From NCBI GenBank assembly GCA_051382305.1, contig JBBCAV010000199.1:1-34569 (forward strand): 34,569 bases of DNA. The letters run 5' to 3'. The position numbers were made by a program, and so were the translations under genes. Under the pieces are notes generated by a model that had not been told where the DNA came from, did no database searches, and worked only from the letters and a program-made list of their open reading frames with translations. Source of the DNA: Bdellovibrionota bacterium FG-2 (lineage in GTDB: Bacteria; Bdellovibrionota; UBA1018). Positions 1 through 8,168 of the stretch are shown in pieces; position 1 is the stretch's first letter; every line of letters starts with the position of its first letter.

Positions 1-111
1 GATTTTTGCCTTATTCGAAGCAATCTCTCCACCTGCAGAAAAAATGGAGTGCATCCCATGGATGCGCTGCGGACGCTGTTCGCAGGAAAATTACCCGACT
101 TCATGTCCTAG
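1..111 (+). CDS. C-terminal end of IS66-family transposase (partial, runs off window start)
   Basis: Frame 1 (not in the ORF track) reads DFCLIRSNLSTCRKNGVHPMDALRTLFAGKLPDFMS*, resembling the IS66 (ISBst12-like) transposase C-terminus FxxIRSYxSTxRKxG...AL..LF.G. Confidence 0.75.
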   Translation, partial: DFCLIRSNLSTCRKNGVHPMDALRTLFAGKLPDFMS

Positions 112-127
112 ACGGCTGGCCAATTAC
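1..127 (+). mobile_element. Right end of IS66-family insertion sequence
   Basis: Transposase stop at 109-111 is followed by GGCTGGCCAATTAC, ending in TTAC at 124-127; IS66 elements are bounded by GTAA...TTAC. Predicted 8-bp target duplication ATTATTTC (128-135). Confidence 0.6.
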
Positions 128-920
128 ATTATTTCTTTGTTCGTCGGTTCCGGTATTACTGATGGCCCCGCCCTGGGTCGCCCACGCGGTTCCGTTGAAT
201 TTGTAAATTTCGGAAGAATAGGAGGTTGCGGAAAGCAAAAAGGGCGAAAGATTCTCAGCAATAGCAATTTGCGCTGAATTATAAAGGCTAGCGCCAAAAT
301 CGGCTGAGGTTCCGACTGGAACCCAGTTGCCGCTCGAAAGCTTTAGTACTTCAATGGCACTCGTCGCAGACACACCTGGTTGCCAGGTAGGGGACGCCTG
401 CCATGAAAGCGAGAGATGAAATGGAATTTGTGGGCGGCGCTGTCCCCACCGTAACCCAGTTCGTCCCGTCAAATTTGAAGATCTCTGGAGTTGAATGGGA
501 GGCCGCTAGGTAAGGCGTGTCAGAGGAAAGGTCGATCCCAAAAGCAAATGTGTTGAAGTTAGTCACGCTTCCGATAGCATCTCCGAGTTTGTTCCAAGCT
601 GAGCCATCCCATTTGATTACATACTTTTTTTGCGTGGCACTTTCAGCATAGGCAACGTAAGGCGCTCCTTTACTATCAAACGCGATAAGTGCGCTGTAAG
701 TATCGAAACCGGTTACATCAGTAGTCCCAAGCGTGCTCCATCCTTGCGCCAGTGGGGATGGAGACGGAGATGCGGAGGGCGAATCTGACGGAGAGGTCGA
801 AGGAGCGTCTGAAGATGCAGGAGTTGGGGTTCCGCTGCAAGACGTGAGCGCCGACCCCACCATCGCCACAGAAAACAATGCACCCAAAACGCCCAGCGAA
901 ATCGCTTTGAAAATATTCAT
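128..920 (-). pseudogene. Lipoprotein with Pro/Ser linker and beta-propeller-like repeats; frameshifted and IS-interrupted
   Basis: Lipobox-like ALTSC, PSxSPS linker, repeats KWDGSAWNKLG / KFDGTNWVTVG in ORF 351..920. The repeats continue in ORF 101..472 (KLSSGNWVPVG, KFNGTAWATQG) after a frameshift near 375-385; that frame runs into the IS end at 127. Confidence 0.7.
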
Positions 921-991
921 AAAAAAAACCTAGCATGTATTTTCAAAGGTAAGGCAGTGTTTAAAGGTGAATGCGCCGTATTAATATCGGG

Positions 992-2251
992 CTATTCGGT
1001 GAGGTGCAGCTGAAAACCTTGATGGAGTGCTTCAACGGCATTCTTGGCTTCTGCTCCCTCGATGAGGCAGGAAATCTTAATTTCAGAAGTGGTAATCAAT
1101 TTGATATTGATCCCTGCCTCAGCAAGAAGACTAAACATCTTTGCGGCGACCCCAGGATGGTGTTGCATGCCGACACCCACAATACTTACCTTGGCAAGAT
1201 TGGGTTCCTCTACGAGACGCATCTCAGAAAACTGGGTCGTTCTAAGGTCTTGAAGAACCTTCCTCGCGAGGAGGGCATCACTTTGACCGATAGTAAAGCT
1301 GACCGTGAGAAGGCCGTTTGAGGGAACATCTTGCACGATGATATCCACGACAATTGAAGCCCGAGATAACGCGCCAAAAATTTTTGCTGCGACGCCTGGC
1401 TGTTCTGGCAGGTTTTGAAGCGACAGTTTAATTTGTCCGGTATCAGCCGCAACCCCCGACACAAGCACAGTTTCCATGGATCCGAGCATATCTTGAGCAA
1501 CCACTCTTGTTCCCTCCACTGAATTAAAACACGATCGCACATGTAACGGAAGTCGATATTTCGCGGCAAGCTCGACGGATCGAATCTGCAGCACCTTCGC
1601 CCCGAGACTCGCCAGCTCCATCATTTCTTCATACGAGATTCTCTCAATTTTTCTGGCTTTGGAACAGAGTCGTGGATCAGTTGTATAAACGCCATCGACG
1701 TCCGTGTAGATTTCGCAGTCATCTGCCTTGAGTGCCGCCGCGATGGCCACTGCACTCGTGTCCGAGCCCCCGCGGCCCAAAGTTGTAATATTATTTTCAG
1801 AATCTACGCCCTGAAAGCCTGCGATCACCGGTATTCTCCGAAGTGCAAGCTCCCGTCTTAGAGCGGAGGTATCGATGGCTTGAATTCGCGCTTTAGAGAA
1901 AACGCTATCGGTTAGAATTCCGATTTGATGTCCCAGAAGTGGGCAAGCACGCCGTTCGTTTCTCTTGGCGAGTCCCCGTTTTTCAGCCTCCGTATTAATG
2001 GCTAGGCTCACGAGGCCTATAGCAATCTGTTCTCCGCTGGCAATAAGCATATCGTACTCGCGAGAGAAGGGGATTGGATTGATCTGGTTTGCGAGCTCGA
2101 TAAGCCGGTTGGTTTCTCCTGACATCGCAGAAACGACGAGTACGATGTCATCGCCACGTGCCTGGGAATCTAAAGCCCACTTTGCTACGTGTTGAATGCG
2201 CTCAATAGTGCCAACGGAGGTGCCCCCAAATTTTTGCACAATGAGTGACAT
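992..2251 (-). CDS. lysC: Aspartate kinase
   Basis: VQKFGGTSVG, VVSAMSGETN, TTLGRGGSDTSA, YTDVDGVYTTDPR and two C-terminal ACT domains; 419 aa. Confidence 0.96.
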   Translation of the reverse strand: MSLIVQKFGGTSVGTIERIQHVAKWALDSQARGDDIVLVVSAMSGETNRLIELANQINPIPFSREYDMLIASGEQIAIGLVSLAINTEAEKRGLAKRNERRACPLLGHQIGILTDSVFSKARIQAIDTSALRRELALRRIPVIAGFQGVDSENNITTLGRGGSDTSAVAIAAALKADDCEIYTDVDGVYTTDPRLCSKARKIERISYEEMMELASLGAKVLQIRSVELAAKYRLPLHVRSCFNSVEGTRVVAQDMLGSMETVLVSGVAADTGQIKLSLQNLPEQPGVAAKIFGALSRASIVVDIIVQDVPSNGLLTVSFTIGQSDALLARKVLQDLRTTQFSEMRLVEEPNLAKVSIVGVGMQHHPGVAAKMFSLLAEAGINIKLITTSEIKISCLIEGAEAKNAVEALHQGFQLHLTE

Positions 2252-2252
2252 T

Positions 2253-2450
2253 TTAGTGAAATCTCACGTTCGGATCGGGAGGACAACCTGGGCAGGCGGC
2301 GCTCACATCTTTGGCAATAAATTGCCACAGGCCGAGAATTGATTTACGAAAAGTCGTGGCGATGATGCCAACGACGCTTACGGCAAAAAGTACGGCCAAA
2401 ACGTATTCAACAACCGCTTGGCCCTGTTCATCACAAAAAAAATTTCTCAC
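2253..2450 (-). CDS. Flp/type IVb-like pilin with C-terminal CPGC
   Basis: Short leader, G|QAVVEY cleavage motif (E5-Y6), hydrophobic helix; 65 aa; ends 1 nt before the lysC start. Confidence 0.75.
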   Translation of the reverse strand: MRNFFCDEQGQAVVEYVLAVLFAVSVVGIIATTFRKSILGLWQFIAKDVSAACPGCPPDPNVRFH

Positions 2451-2479
2451 CCACCCATTTTAGGGTAGAGTTCAAGCAT
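2451..2479. promoter_or_regulatory. Putative bidirectional leaderless promoter (pilin / TlpA gene)
   Basis: Minus strand TAAAAT-6nt-GTG; plus strand TAGAGT-8nt-ATG; whole gap is 29 nt. Confidence 0.55.
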
Positions 2480-3052
2480 ATGGCAAGATCCCTTTGGAGA
2501 GTATTTGTCCCCGTTCTCGTTGTTGTGACGATTGTCTTTGTGACGCTCTCTGTATTGAAGTCTCAAATAAAAAAACATCCAAATTTAAGTGGTGATCCCA
2601 ATGCTCCGTCCATTACCGAAGTCCGCGTAGGAGCCGTCCTCGAGGATCTTACTTTTGAAAGACTAGGGGCGTCGTCGATTCATTTTTCTGAGCTCAAGGG
2701 TAAAGTCGTACTTATTAACTTCTGGGCGACCTGGTGTGATGCGTGCGTCGTGGAGATGCCCTCGATTTTAGCGTTATGGAAAGAATATCATGGGCAGGGC
2801 TTTGAGGTGGTTTCAGTCAATGAAGACGAAAACCCGGAAGCGGTCGTCCCAAAGGCGATCGCAGCGATGAAGCTTGAGTTCCCGGTCGCTATCGATCGAA
2901 ATGCGAAACTCTCCGATCGGTTCGATGTGCACGCTATTCCACTCACGGTCATCTTGGACAGTAACCGAAAAGTTTTGGCGGTCGAAGACGGAGAGCGGGA
3001 CTGGAATAGCAAGAGAGTCCAAACCCTTATTGAAGGTTGGCTAGCGCAATGA
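2480..3052 (+). CDS. TlpA/ResA-family membrane-anchored thiol:disulfide oxidoreductase
   Basis: N-terminal TM segment, LKGKVVLINFWATWCDACVVEMP, cis-Pro loop AIP. Confidence 0.9.
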   Translation: MARSLWRVFVPVLVVVTIVFVTLSVLKSQIKKHPNLSGDPNAPSITEVRVGAVLEDLTFERLGASSIHFSELKGKVVLINFWATWCDACVVEMPSILALWKEYHGQGFEVVSVNEDENPEAVVPKAIAAMKLEFPVAIDRNAKLSDRFDVHAIPLTVILDSNRKVLAVEDGERDWNSKRVQTLIEGWLAQ

Positions 3053-3762
3053 GCATTGAGGATCAACCAGCATCCATAGCGCGGGCTGTTTCGATAACAC
3101 AATGGACCTTGCCGCTCTTTGTGACACGCCGAAACCGCTTTTTAGCGGGGGTTGCCGTATTTTCAGTTGCGGCGTCTCTTTATCTCCTCTCAAATTGGTA
3201 TCATTTCTTTCCGCCGCTGCAATTGCCGATGACTGTCCTTGATTTAGCAGTGCCCTTTATTCCCCAGACCATTTGGATCTATGTGGGAGAATATTTTCTT
3301 TTCCTGGCTGTTTTTTGCGTTTCACGTGACATGGAAAACCTCAATCGCTATCTCTACGCGCTTCTTGCGATTCATGTGATTAGTGCGGCGATATTTTTAG
3401 TGTGGCCGACCACTTATCCTAGAGAACTCTTTCCTTTGTCTCAAGATTTAGACCCACTGACTTATGCAGTATTTAATGGGATTCGACAAACGGACTCCCC
3501 GGCTAGCTGCTGTCCGAGTTTGCATGTGAGTTGTGTGTACCTTTCCTCGTTCCTGTTTTTCAACGAGAGGCGGAAAATGTTCTGGGCATTCTTCATCTGG
3601 GCGACGCTCATTTCTGTTTCGACGCTTACGACTAAGCAGCACTATTTCGTGGATATTGTGATGGGTTTAGGCCTGGCGCTAGGGATGTACTATTTTATTC
3701 AGCGTCGAATCGTCTTTACGGAATTTACCAGGAAAAGCGGTAATAAGTCTCCTCGAAGCTAG
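3049..3762 (+). CDS. PAP2-superfamily membrane protein (Aur1/IPC-synthase-like)
   Basis: Multiple TM helices, CPSLH and STLTTKQHYFVD motifs; ATG 3049 overlaps the TlpA stop (ATGA). Confidence 0.8.
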   Translation: MSIEDQPASIARAVSITQWTLPLFVTRRNRFLAGVAVFSVAASLYLLSNWYHFFPPLQLPMTVLDLAVPFIPQTIWIYVGEYFLFLAVFCVSRDMENLNRYLYALLAIHVISAAIFLVWPTTYPRELFPLSQDLDPLTYAVFNGIRQTDSPASCCPSLHVSCVYLSSFLFFNERRKMFWAFFIWATLISVSTLTTKQHYFVDIVMGLGLALGMYYFIQRRIVFTEFTRKSGNKSPRS

Positions 3763-4951
3763 AAAAATGGAGAACCGCAAAGTCTGCGTCTTTCCCGACT
3801 TGCAGGGAGCCTTTTCTGCTTTGGAGTCCCAAAGCCTTTGCACCGGCATAGGTGACAGCCGAGAAAATCTCAGAGCGGCTCATTCCTAAATATAGGGCCG
3901 CAATTGTCATGATCGTCGGTAGCGACAAACACATGCAAGTCCCCGGGTTAAAATCCGTCGCCAGGGCTACGCACGCGCCGGCTTCAATCAACTTGCGCGC
4001 TGGCGCGTGAGGCGCTTTAAGATAAAACGCAGTTCCTGGTAGCAAGACGGCCACGGTGTTGGAAGGTGCAATTTTTGAAATTCCATTTTCAGAAATTTGT
4101 AATAAATGATCGGCAGAAAGTGATGCAATTTCGGCAGCAAGGGCGGCAGATTCGGTGTTTGCCAGTTCATCGGCATGGATTCGGGTCTTAAGTCCTAAAG
4201 CGCGAGCCTTCACTAGAATTGCCCGCCCCTCTTCGAGCGTGTAGTAGCCGGCATCAATAAATACATCACAGCAGTCCGCGAGTTTCTTGCGCACTACTTC
4301 GGGGAGCATTTGGTCGGTGAGTTCTTTTAGATAATCCGCCCGAGATTGCTCGGGTGGGAACGCGTGAGCGCCCAAAAAAGTCGAGGAGAACGTGTATTCC
4401 GGAAACCGCTTTTTTAAGCGCTGGATCACAGCCAGAATTTTTAACTCGGTCTTAAAGTCGAGACCGTAGCCACTTTTGATTTCAAAGGTACGCACCCCAT
4501 AGGAGGCGGACTTTTTCACGCGCTCAACGGCGAGAGTCTCAAGCTGTTTTTCAGTTGCTTCGCGGGTCGCCCGAACGGTCTTTAGAATACCCCCGCCTTT
4601 TTCGGCGATTTTCTGATAACTGGCGCCCGCACAACGAGCGGCAAATTCGTCGGCCCGGTTGCCTGCAAAAACGATGTGGGTGTGGCAGTCCACGAGACCT
4701 GGCATAACCGCTTGCTTTTGTCGTAGGTTCGTTTTTTGAATTTTAGCAAAGCGTTTTGGAAGGTCGGCAGTTTTTCCTATCCAGATAATTTTATGGGGCA
4801 GCACCCGTCCTTGCGTTTCCCTGACACTATAGACTAACGCGCCATCAGGAATCGCATCTAAGTCATCGTCTTTGATGTGCCGGCCGTCTTTTCCGGCAAC
4901 CCCCGCGCCCGTGAGCAGTTGGCTTGCGTGAACGAGGGCTCGCATTTTCAT
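3725..4951 (-). CDS. hutI: Imidazolonepropionase
   Basis: [43 protein letters not shown]-coupled to hutU. Confidence 0.95.
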   Translation of the reverse strand: MKMRALVHASQLLTGAGVAGKDGRHIKDDDLDAIPDGALVYSVRETQGRVLPHKIIWIGKTADLPKRFAKIQKTNLRQKQAVMPGLVDCHTHIVFAGNRADEFAARCAGASYQKIAEKGGGILKTVRATREATEKQLETLAVERVKKSASYGVRTFEIKSGYGLDFKTELKILAVIQRLKKRFPEYTFSSTFLGAHAFPPEQSRADYLKELTDQMLPEVVRKKLADCCDVFIDAGYYTLEEGRAILVKARALGLKTRIHADELANTESAALAAEIASLSADHLLQISENGISKIAPSNTVAVLLPGTAFYLKAPHAPARKLIEAGACVALATDFNPGTCMCLSLPTIMTIAALYLGMSRSEIFSAVTYAGAKALGLQSRKGSLQVGKDADFAVLHFSSFEETYYRFSW

Positions 4952-6630
4952 GATTTTAGCATCGGAATTTTTCCGCCTCGTGCAGCGAAGGTGGTGCGTG
5001 CGATCTCACAAGAGCGCTCGTAACCCGCATCAGCGTGCCGAATGATGCCCATGCCAGGATCGGAGTTGAGGACTCGGGTGAGGCGCCAATCCGCATCCGC
5101 GGTGCCATCAGCCAAGACGACCATGCCTGCGTGAATCGAGTAACCGATTCCGACCCCTCCTCCATGATGAACGCTGACCCACGAGGCGCCGTTTACAGAA
5201 TTGACGAGTGCGTTGAGAATGGGCCAGTCTGCTACGGCATCGCTTCCGTCTTTCATTCCTTCGGTTTCACGATTTGGAGAGGCGACCGAACCGCAATCCA
5301 AATGGTCTCGGCCAATCACGATTGGGGCTTTAACCCGGCCCTTTCGAACTAAGTCGTTAAACAGGAGACCCGCTTTTTCCCGCTGCCCATAGCCCAGCCA
5401 ACAAATACGCGCCGGCAATCCCTGATAGGCGATCCGCTCTTGAGCCATCTTCATCCAATGGGCGAGCCCGTGATCGTCAGGAAAAAGTTCCTGCAAGGCC
5501 TCGTCCGTTACCTTGATGTCGTCGGGGTCTCCAGAGAGCGCGACCCAACGAAAAGGCCCTCGACCTTCACAAAACTGCGGTCGAATGTAGGCGGGCACGA
5601 ATCCCGGGAAATCAAATGCGTTTTTCACGCCGGCCTTCACCGCTTGGGCCCGAATGTTGTTGCCGTAATCAAAAACATGGGCGCCACGCTTCTTAAACTC
5701 GAGCATCGCCTCGACATGTTTTCCCATGCTGGCGATGGAGCGTTCAATATATTGGGTGGGATGGGTTCGACGTAATTCCTCCGCTGCGGCAAGCGTTAAT
5801 CCTGCCGGGACATAGCCGTTAAGCTCATCGTGCGCGCTGGTCTGATCGGTCACCAAATCAGGGAGGAATCCGCGCTTGAGTAATTTCCAGTGAACCTCGG
5901 CGGCGTTTCCAACCAGACCAATGCTTAGCCCATTTTTTGAGTCCTTGGCTCTTTGGACGCGCGAAAGAGCGTCATCTAACGAAGCAGCAACCTCATCGAG
6001 GTAGCGGGTTTCCAGTCGTCGTTTCACTCGTGTAGGATCGACCTCGATATTGAGCGACACGGCCCCAGCCATGGACGCAGCTAGAGGCTGAGCGCCTCCC
6101 ATTCCGCCAAGCCCTGCGGTGAGTACGACTTTGCCTCGAAGCGTATCATTATAATGTTGCCTTCCCGCCTCAGCGAAAGTTTCATAAGTGCCTTGAATAA
6201 TCCCTTGAGTTCCAATGTAGATCCAAGAACCTGCGGTCATTTGACCGTACATCATTAAGCCTTTGTGTTCGAGATCTCGGAAATGTTCCCACGTCGCCCA
6301 ATGAGGGACGAGCATGCTGTTAGAGAGGAGGACTCGTGGGGCGAGCGGATGGGTCGGCAAAACTGCGACGGGCTTGCCGCTTTGAATGAGCAGCGTCTGA
6401 TCCGACTCCAGCGTTTTCAAACTCTCAACAATGGCGTCAAAGCACTGCCAGTTGCGCGCGGCTTTGCCACTGCCCCCGTAAACCACGAGATCTTCGGGGC
6501 GCTCTGCGACTTCTGGATCAAGGTTGTTCATCAACATTCGCAGGGCGGCTTCTTGTTGCCAGCCTTTGCATTGAAGTGTGGTTCCACGTGAAGCGCGAAT
6601 CGTGCGTTGGGTATTTAGGGATGGTGACAT
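4948..6630 (-). CDS. hutU: Urocanate hydratase
   Basis: [53 protein letters not shown]. Start placed at ATG 6630 (MSPSLN) because family similarity begins there and TAAGAT lies 7 nt upstream. Confidence 0.97.
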   Translation of the reverse strand: MSPSLNTQRTIRASRGTTLQCKGWQQEAALRMLMNNLDPEVAERPEDLVVYGGSGKAARNWQCFDAIVESLKTLESDQTLLIQSGKPVAVLPTHPLAPRVLLSNSMLVPHWATWEHFRDLEHKGLMMYGQMTAGSWIYIGTQGIIQGTYETFAEAGRQHYNDTLRGKVVLTAGLGGMGGAQPLAASMAGAVSLNIEVDPTRVKRRLETRYLDEVAASLDDALSRVQRAKDSKNGLSIGLVGNAAEVHWKLLKRGFLPDLVTDQTSAHDELNGYVPAGLTLAAAEELRRTHPTQYIERSIASMGKHVEAMLEFKKRGAHVFDYGNNIRAQAVKAGVKNAFDFPGFVPAYIRPQFCEGRGPFRWVALSGDPDDIKVTDEALQELFPDDHGLAHWMKMAQERIAYQGLPARICWLGYGQREKAGLLFNDLVRKGRVKAPIVIGRDHLDCGSVASPNRETEGMKDGSDAVADWPILNALVNSVNGASWVSVHHGGGVGIGYSIHAGMVVLADGTADADWRLTRVLNSDPGMGIIRHADAGYERSCEIARTTFAARGGKIPMLKS

Positions 6631-6712
6631 AGCCCGCATCTTAGCGCGGGCTAATGCAGAGGACAAGAGCATCTCAAGATGGCAGGGAGATTGATAAAAC
6701 ATAGGAATTTAA

Positions 6713-6762
6713 TAAATTGCTACCATTTTTGTTAAAATTTCATTAAAAATGGTGGCAATTTA
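6713..6762. repeat. 18-bp inverted repeat (1 mismatch), 14-nt spacer, between hutU and AAA ATPase
   Basis: TAAATTGCTACCATTTTT (6713-6730) and AAAAATGGTGGCAATTTA (6745-6762). Confidence 0.85.
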
Positions 6763-6803
6763 AGAAATACGCCTTAAAATAGAAAATAGGGGAAATCTTC
6801 AAT

Positions 6804-7976
6804 ATGGCGCATGCACGCGTTCGACATGCAGAAAAGCCGATCCGGAATTTGGCAAAATTTTGGCCGGTCGTTGGCGTGATTGGTCTAAGGCAATGTGGAA
6901 AAACCACCTTGCTCGAAAAGAATCTGCATTTGCCCAATTTCCTGTCTTTTGATGACGAAGAAGTGCGCAATGAAGCCCAGGCCTCAGGGAAAGTCTTTTT
7001 GTCTCGCCATCAGCCACCGCTGGCACTTGATGAGGTTCAAAAGGCGCCTGAACTTTTCGACGCCATTAAACATAAAGTGGATCGGAAGCGGATTCCTGGC
7101 CAGTACTATTTGACTGGAAGCGTTCGCTTTACCAGTCTCGAAGCTGTGCGCGAGTCTCTCACTGGGCGGATTGGTCTATTACAGCTTCATCCGTTTACAT
7201 TGGCCGAAGCTCATAAAAAAGAATTAGTAGAAATTCATCCTCTCCCCAAGACTTCGCCGCGCTTTAGCGTAGAAGAGTTTTCTCAAAATATGGCTCTGGG
7301 GGGCCTGCCTGTTCCCCTCTTCACTCGGGACGTTAAACAAAGGTGGAATTATTTTGATCAATGGGTTCAGACGCTTTTACTTCGGGATTTGCGACATTTG
7401 ATTCGTGGGCGCTACGACCCTGAGTTCGCGCAACAGATTTTACAGGAAATCGGTAAAATTCTGCTAAGAGGCGAGTTGGCGACAAATCGAACCCTCCCGT
7501 GGCCTGCAGCTAAAATTGGAAAGTATCTCCTCGCTTTTGAAAATTGTTTCGTGCTCCGAAAGATAAATCCACACCCTGCAGGAGTGGGTCAGTCGGCATA
7601 CCTTTTTGGTGATTCCGGCCTAGCATGGTTTTTCATGAATCAAGCTAAGGGCGAAGAAGGAAGTTTGAGTCTGGCTCGTCATTTCCTTTTGAATGAGCTT
7701 TTTGCTGGAATTGAGTACAATCAGTCCCCCGTCCAAAATACGATAAACTACTTTCAACACGCGAAGTCCAAGCCGGTGGATCTTGTTTGGAACGATATCC
7801 CGATGAAAATGGTAATCTCTACGCGGCTCACACATTTAGGGTGGGAAGAGCGCGCGTTAGAAGGGGCGATGAAGGTTCTGAAACAAAAATCTGCCTACCT
7901 CATTGCGCCAGTTGAAAAAAGTCACCCCGTAAACCGCAAGGGCATCGGCGTACTTTCCTGGTCTGCCTGGAGTTGA
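6804..7976 (+). CDS. AAA_14 / DUF4143 family ATPase
   Basis: Walker A GLRQCGKTT, Walker B LALDEVQ, YYLTGS, ESLTGR, GGLP; 390 aa. Confidence 0.88.
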   Translation: MAHARVRHAEKPIRNLAKFWPVVGVIGLRQCGKTTLLEKNLHLPNFLSFDDEEVRNEAQASGKVFLSRHQPPLALDEVQKAPELFDAIKHKVDRKRIPGQYYLTGSVRFTSLEAVRESLTGRIGLLQLHPFTLAEAHKKELVEIHPLPKTSPRFSVEEFSQNMALGGLPVPLFTRDVKQRWNYFDQWVQTLLLRDLRHLIRGRYDPEFAQQILQEIGKILLRGELATNRTLPWPAAKIGKYLLAFENCFVLRKINPHPAGVGQSAYLFGDSGLAWFFMNQAKGEEGSLSLARHFLLNELFAGIEYNQSPVQNTINYFQHAKSKPVDLVWNDIPMKMVISTRLTHLGWEERALEGAMKVLKQKSAYLIAPVEKSHPVNRKGIGVLSWSAWS

Positions 7977-8098
7977 GCAGGTTGAGTTGTTTGTTGTTTA
8001 ATGTAGAGCTGCGCCAAGGATTTGACATAGAACATGCCATTTTTGGGCTGGAATTTAGCGATTCCCGAAAATCCTGTGGCTCCATTTATAAAAAACGT

Positions 8099-8125
8099 TA
8101 AGCTTTATATAGCGCTGGTCGATAA
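8099..8125 (+). promoter_or_regulatory. Putative sigma28 (FliA) promoter
   Basis: TAAGCTTT-N11-GTCGATAA versus consensus TAAAGTTT-N11-GCCGATAA; followed by SD AAGGGAG (8154-8160) and ATG 8169. Confidence 0.6.
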
Positions 8126-8168
8126 AAGTGAAGACGCGTCTTGAACGCGAGTCAAGGGAGAATGATCA

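Noticed and set aside
750..830. Short tandem-like repeats here and at 12950-12995
   Set aside because: They encode Pro/Ser/Thr/Ala lipoprotein linkers, not CRISPR or regulatory arrays.
6631..6702. ORF-track N-terminal extension of hutU (likewise leuS 22112-22231, AAA 31810-32004, last ORF 34496-34555)
   Set aside because: No family-like sequence; these extensions overlap promoters or opposite genes, and better starts have -10 boxes.
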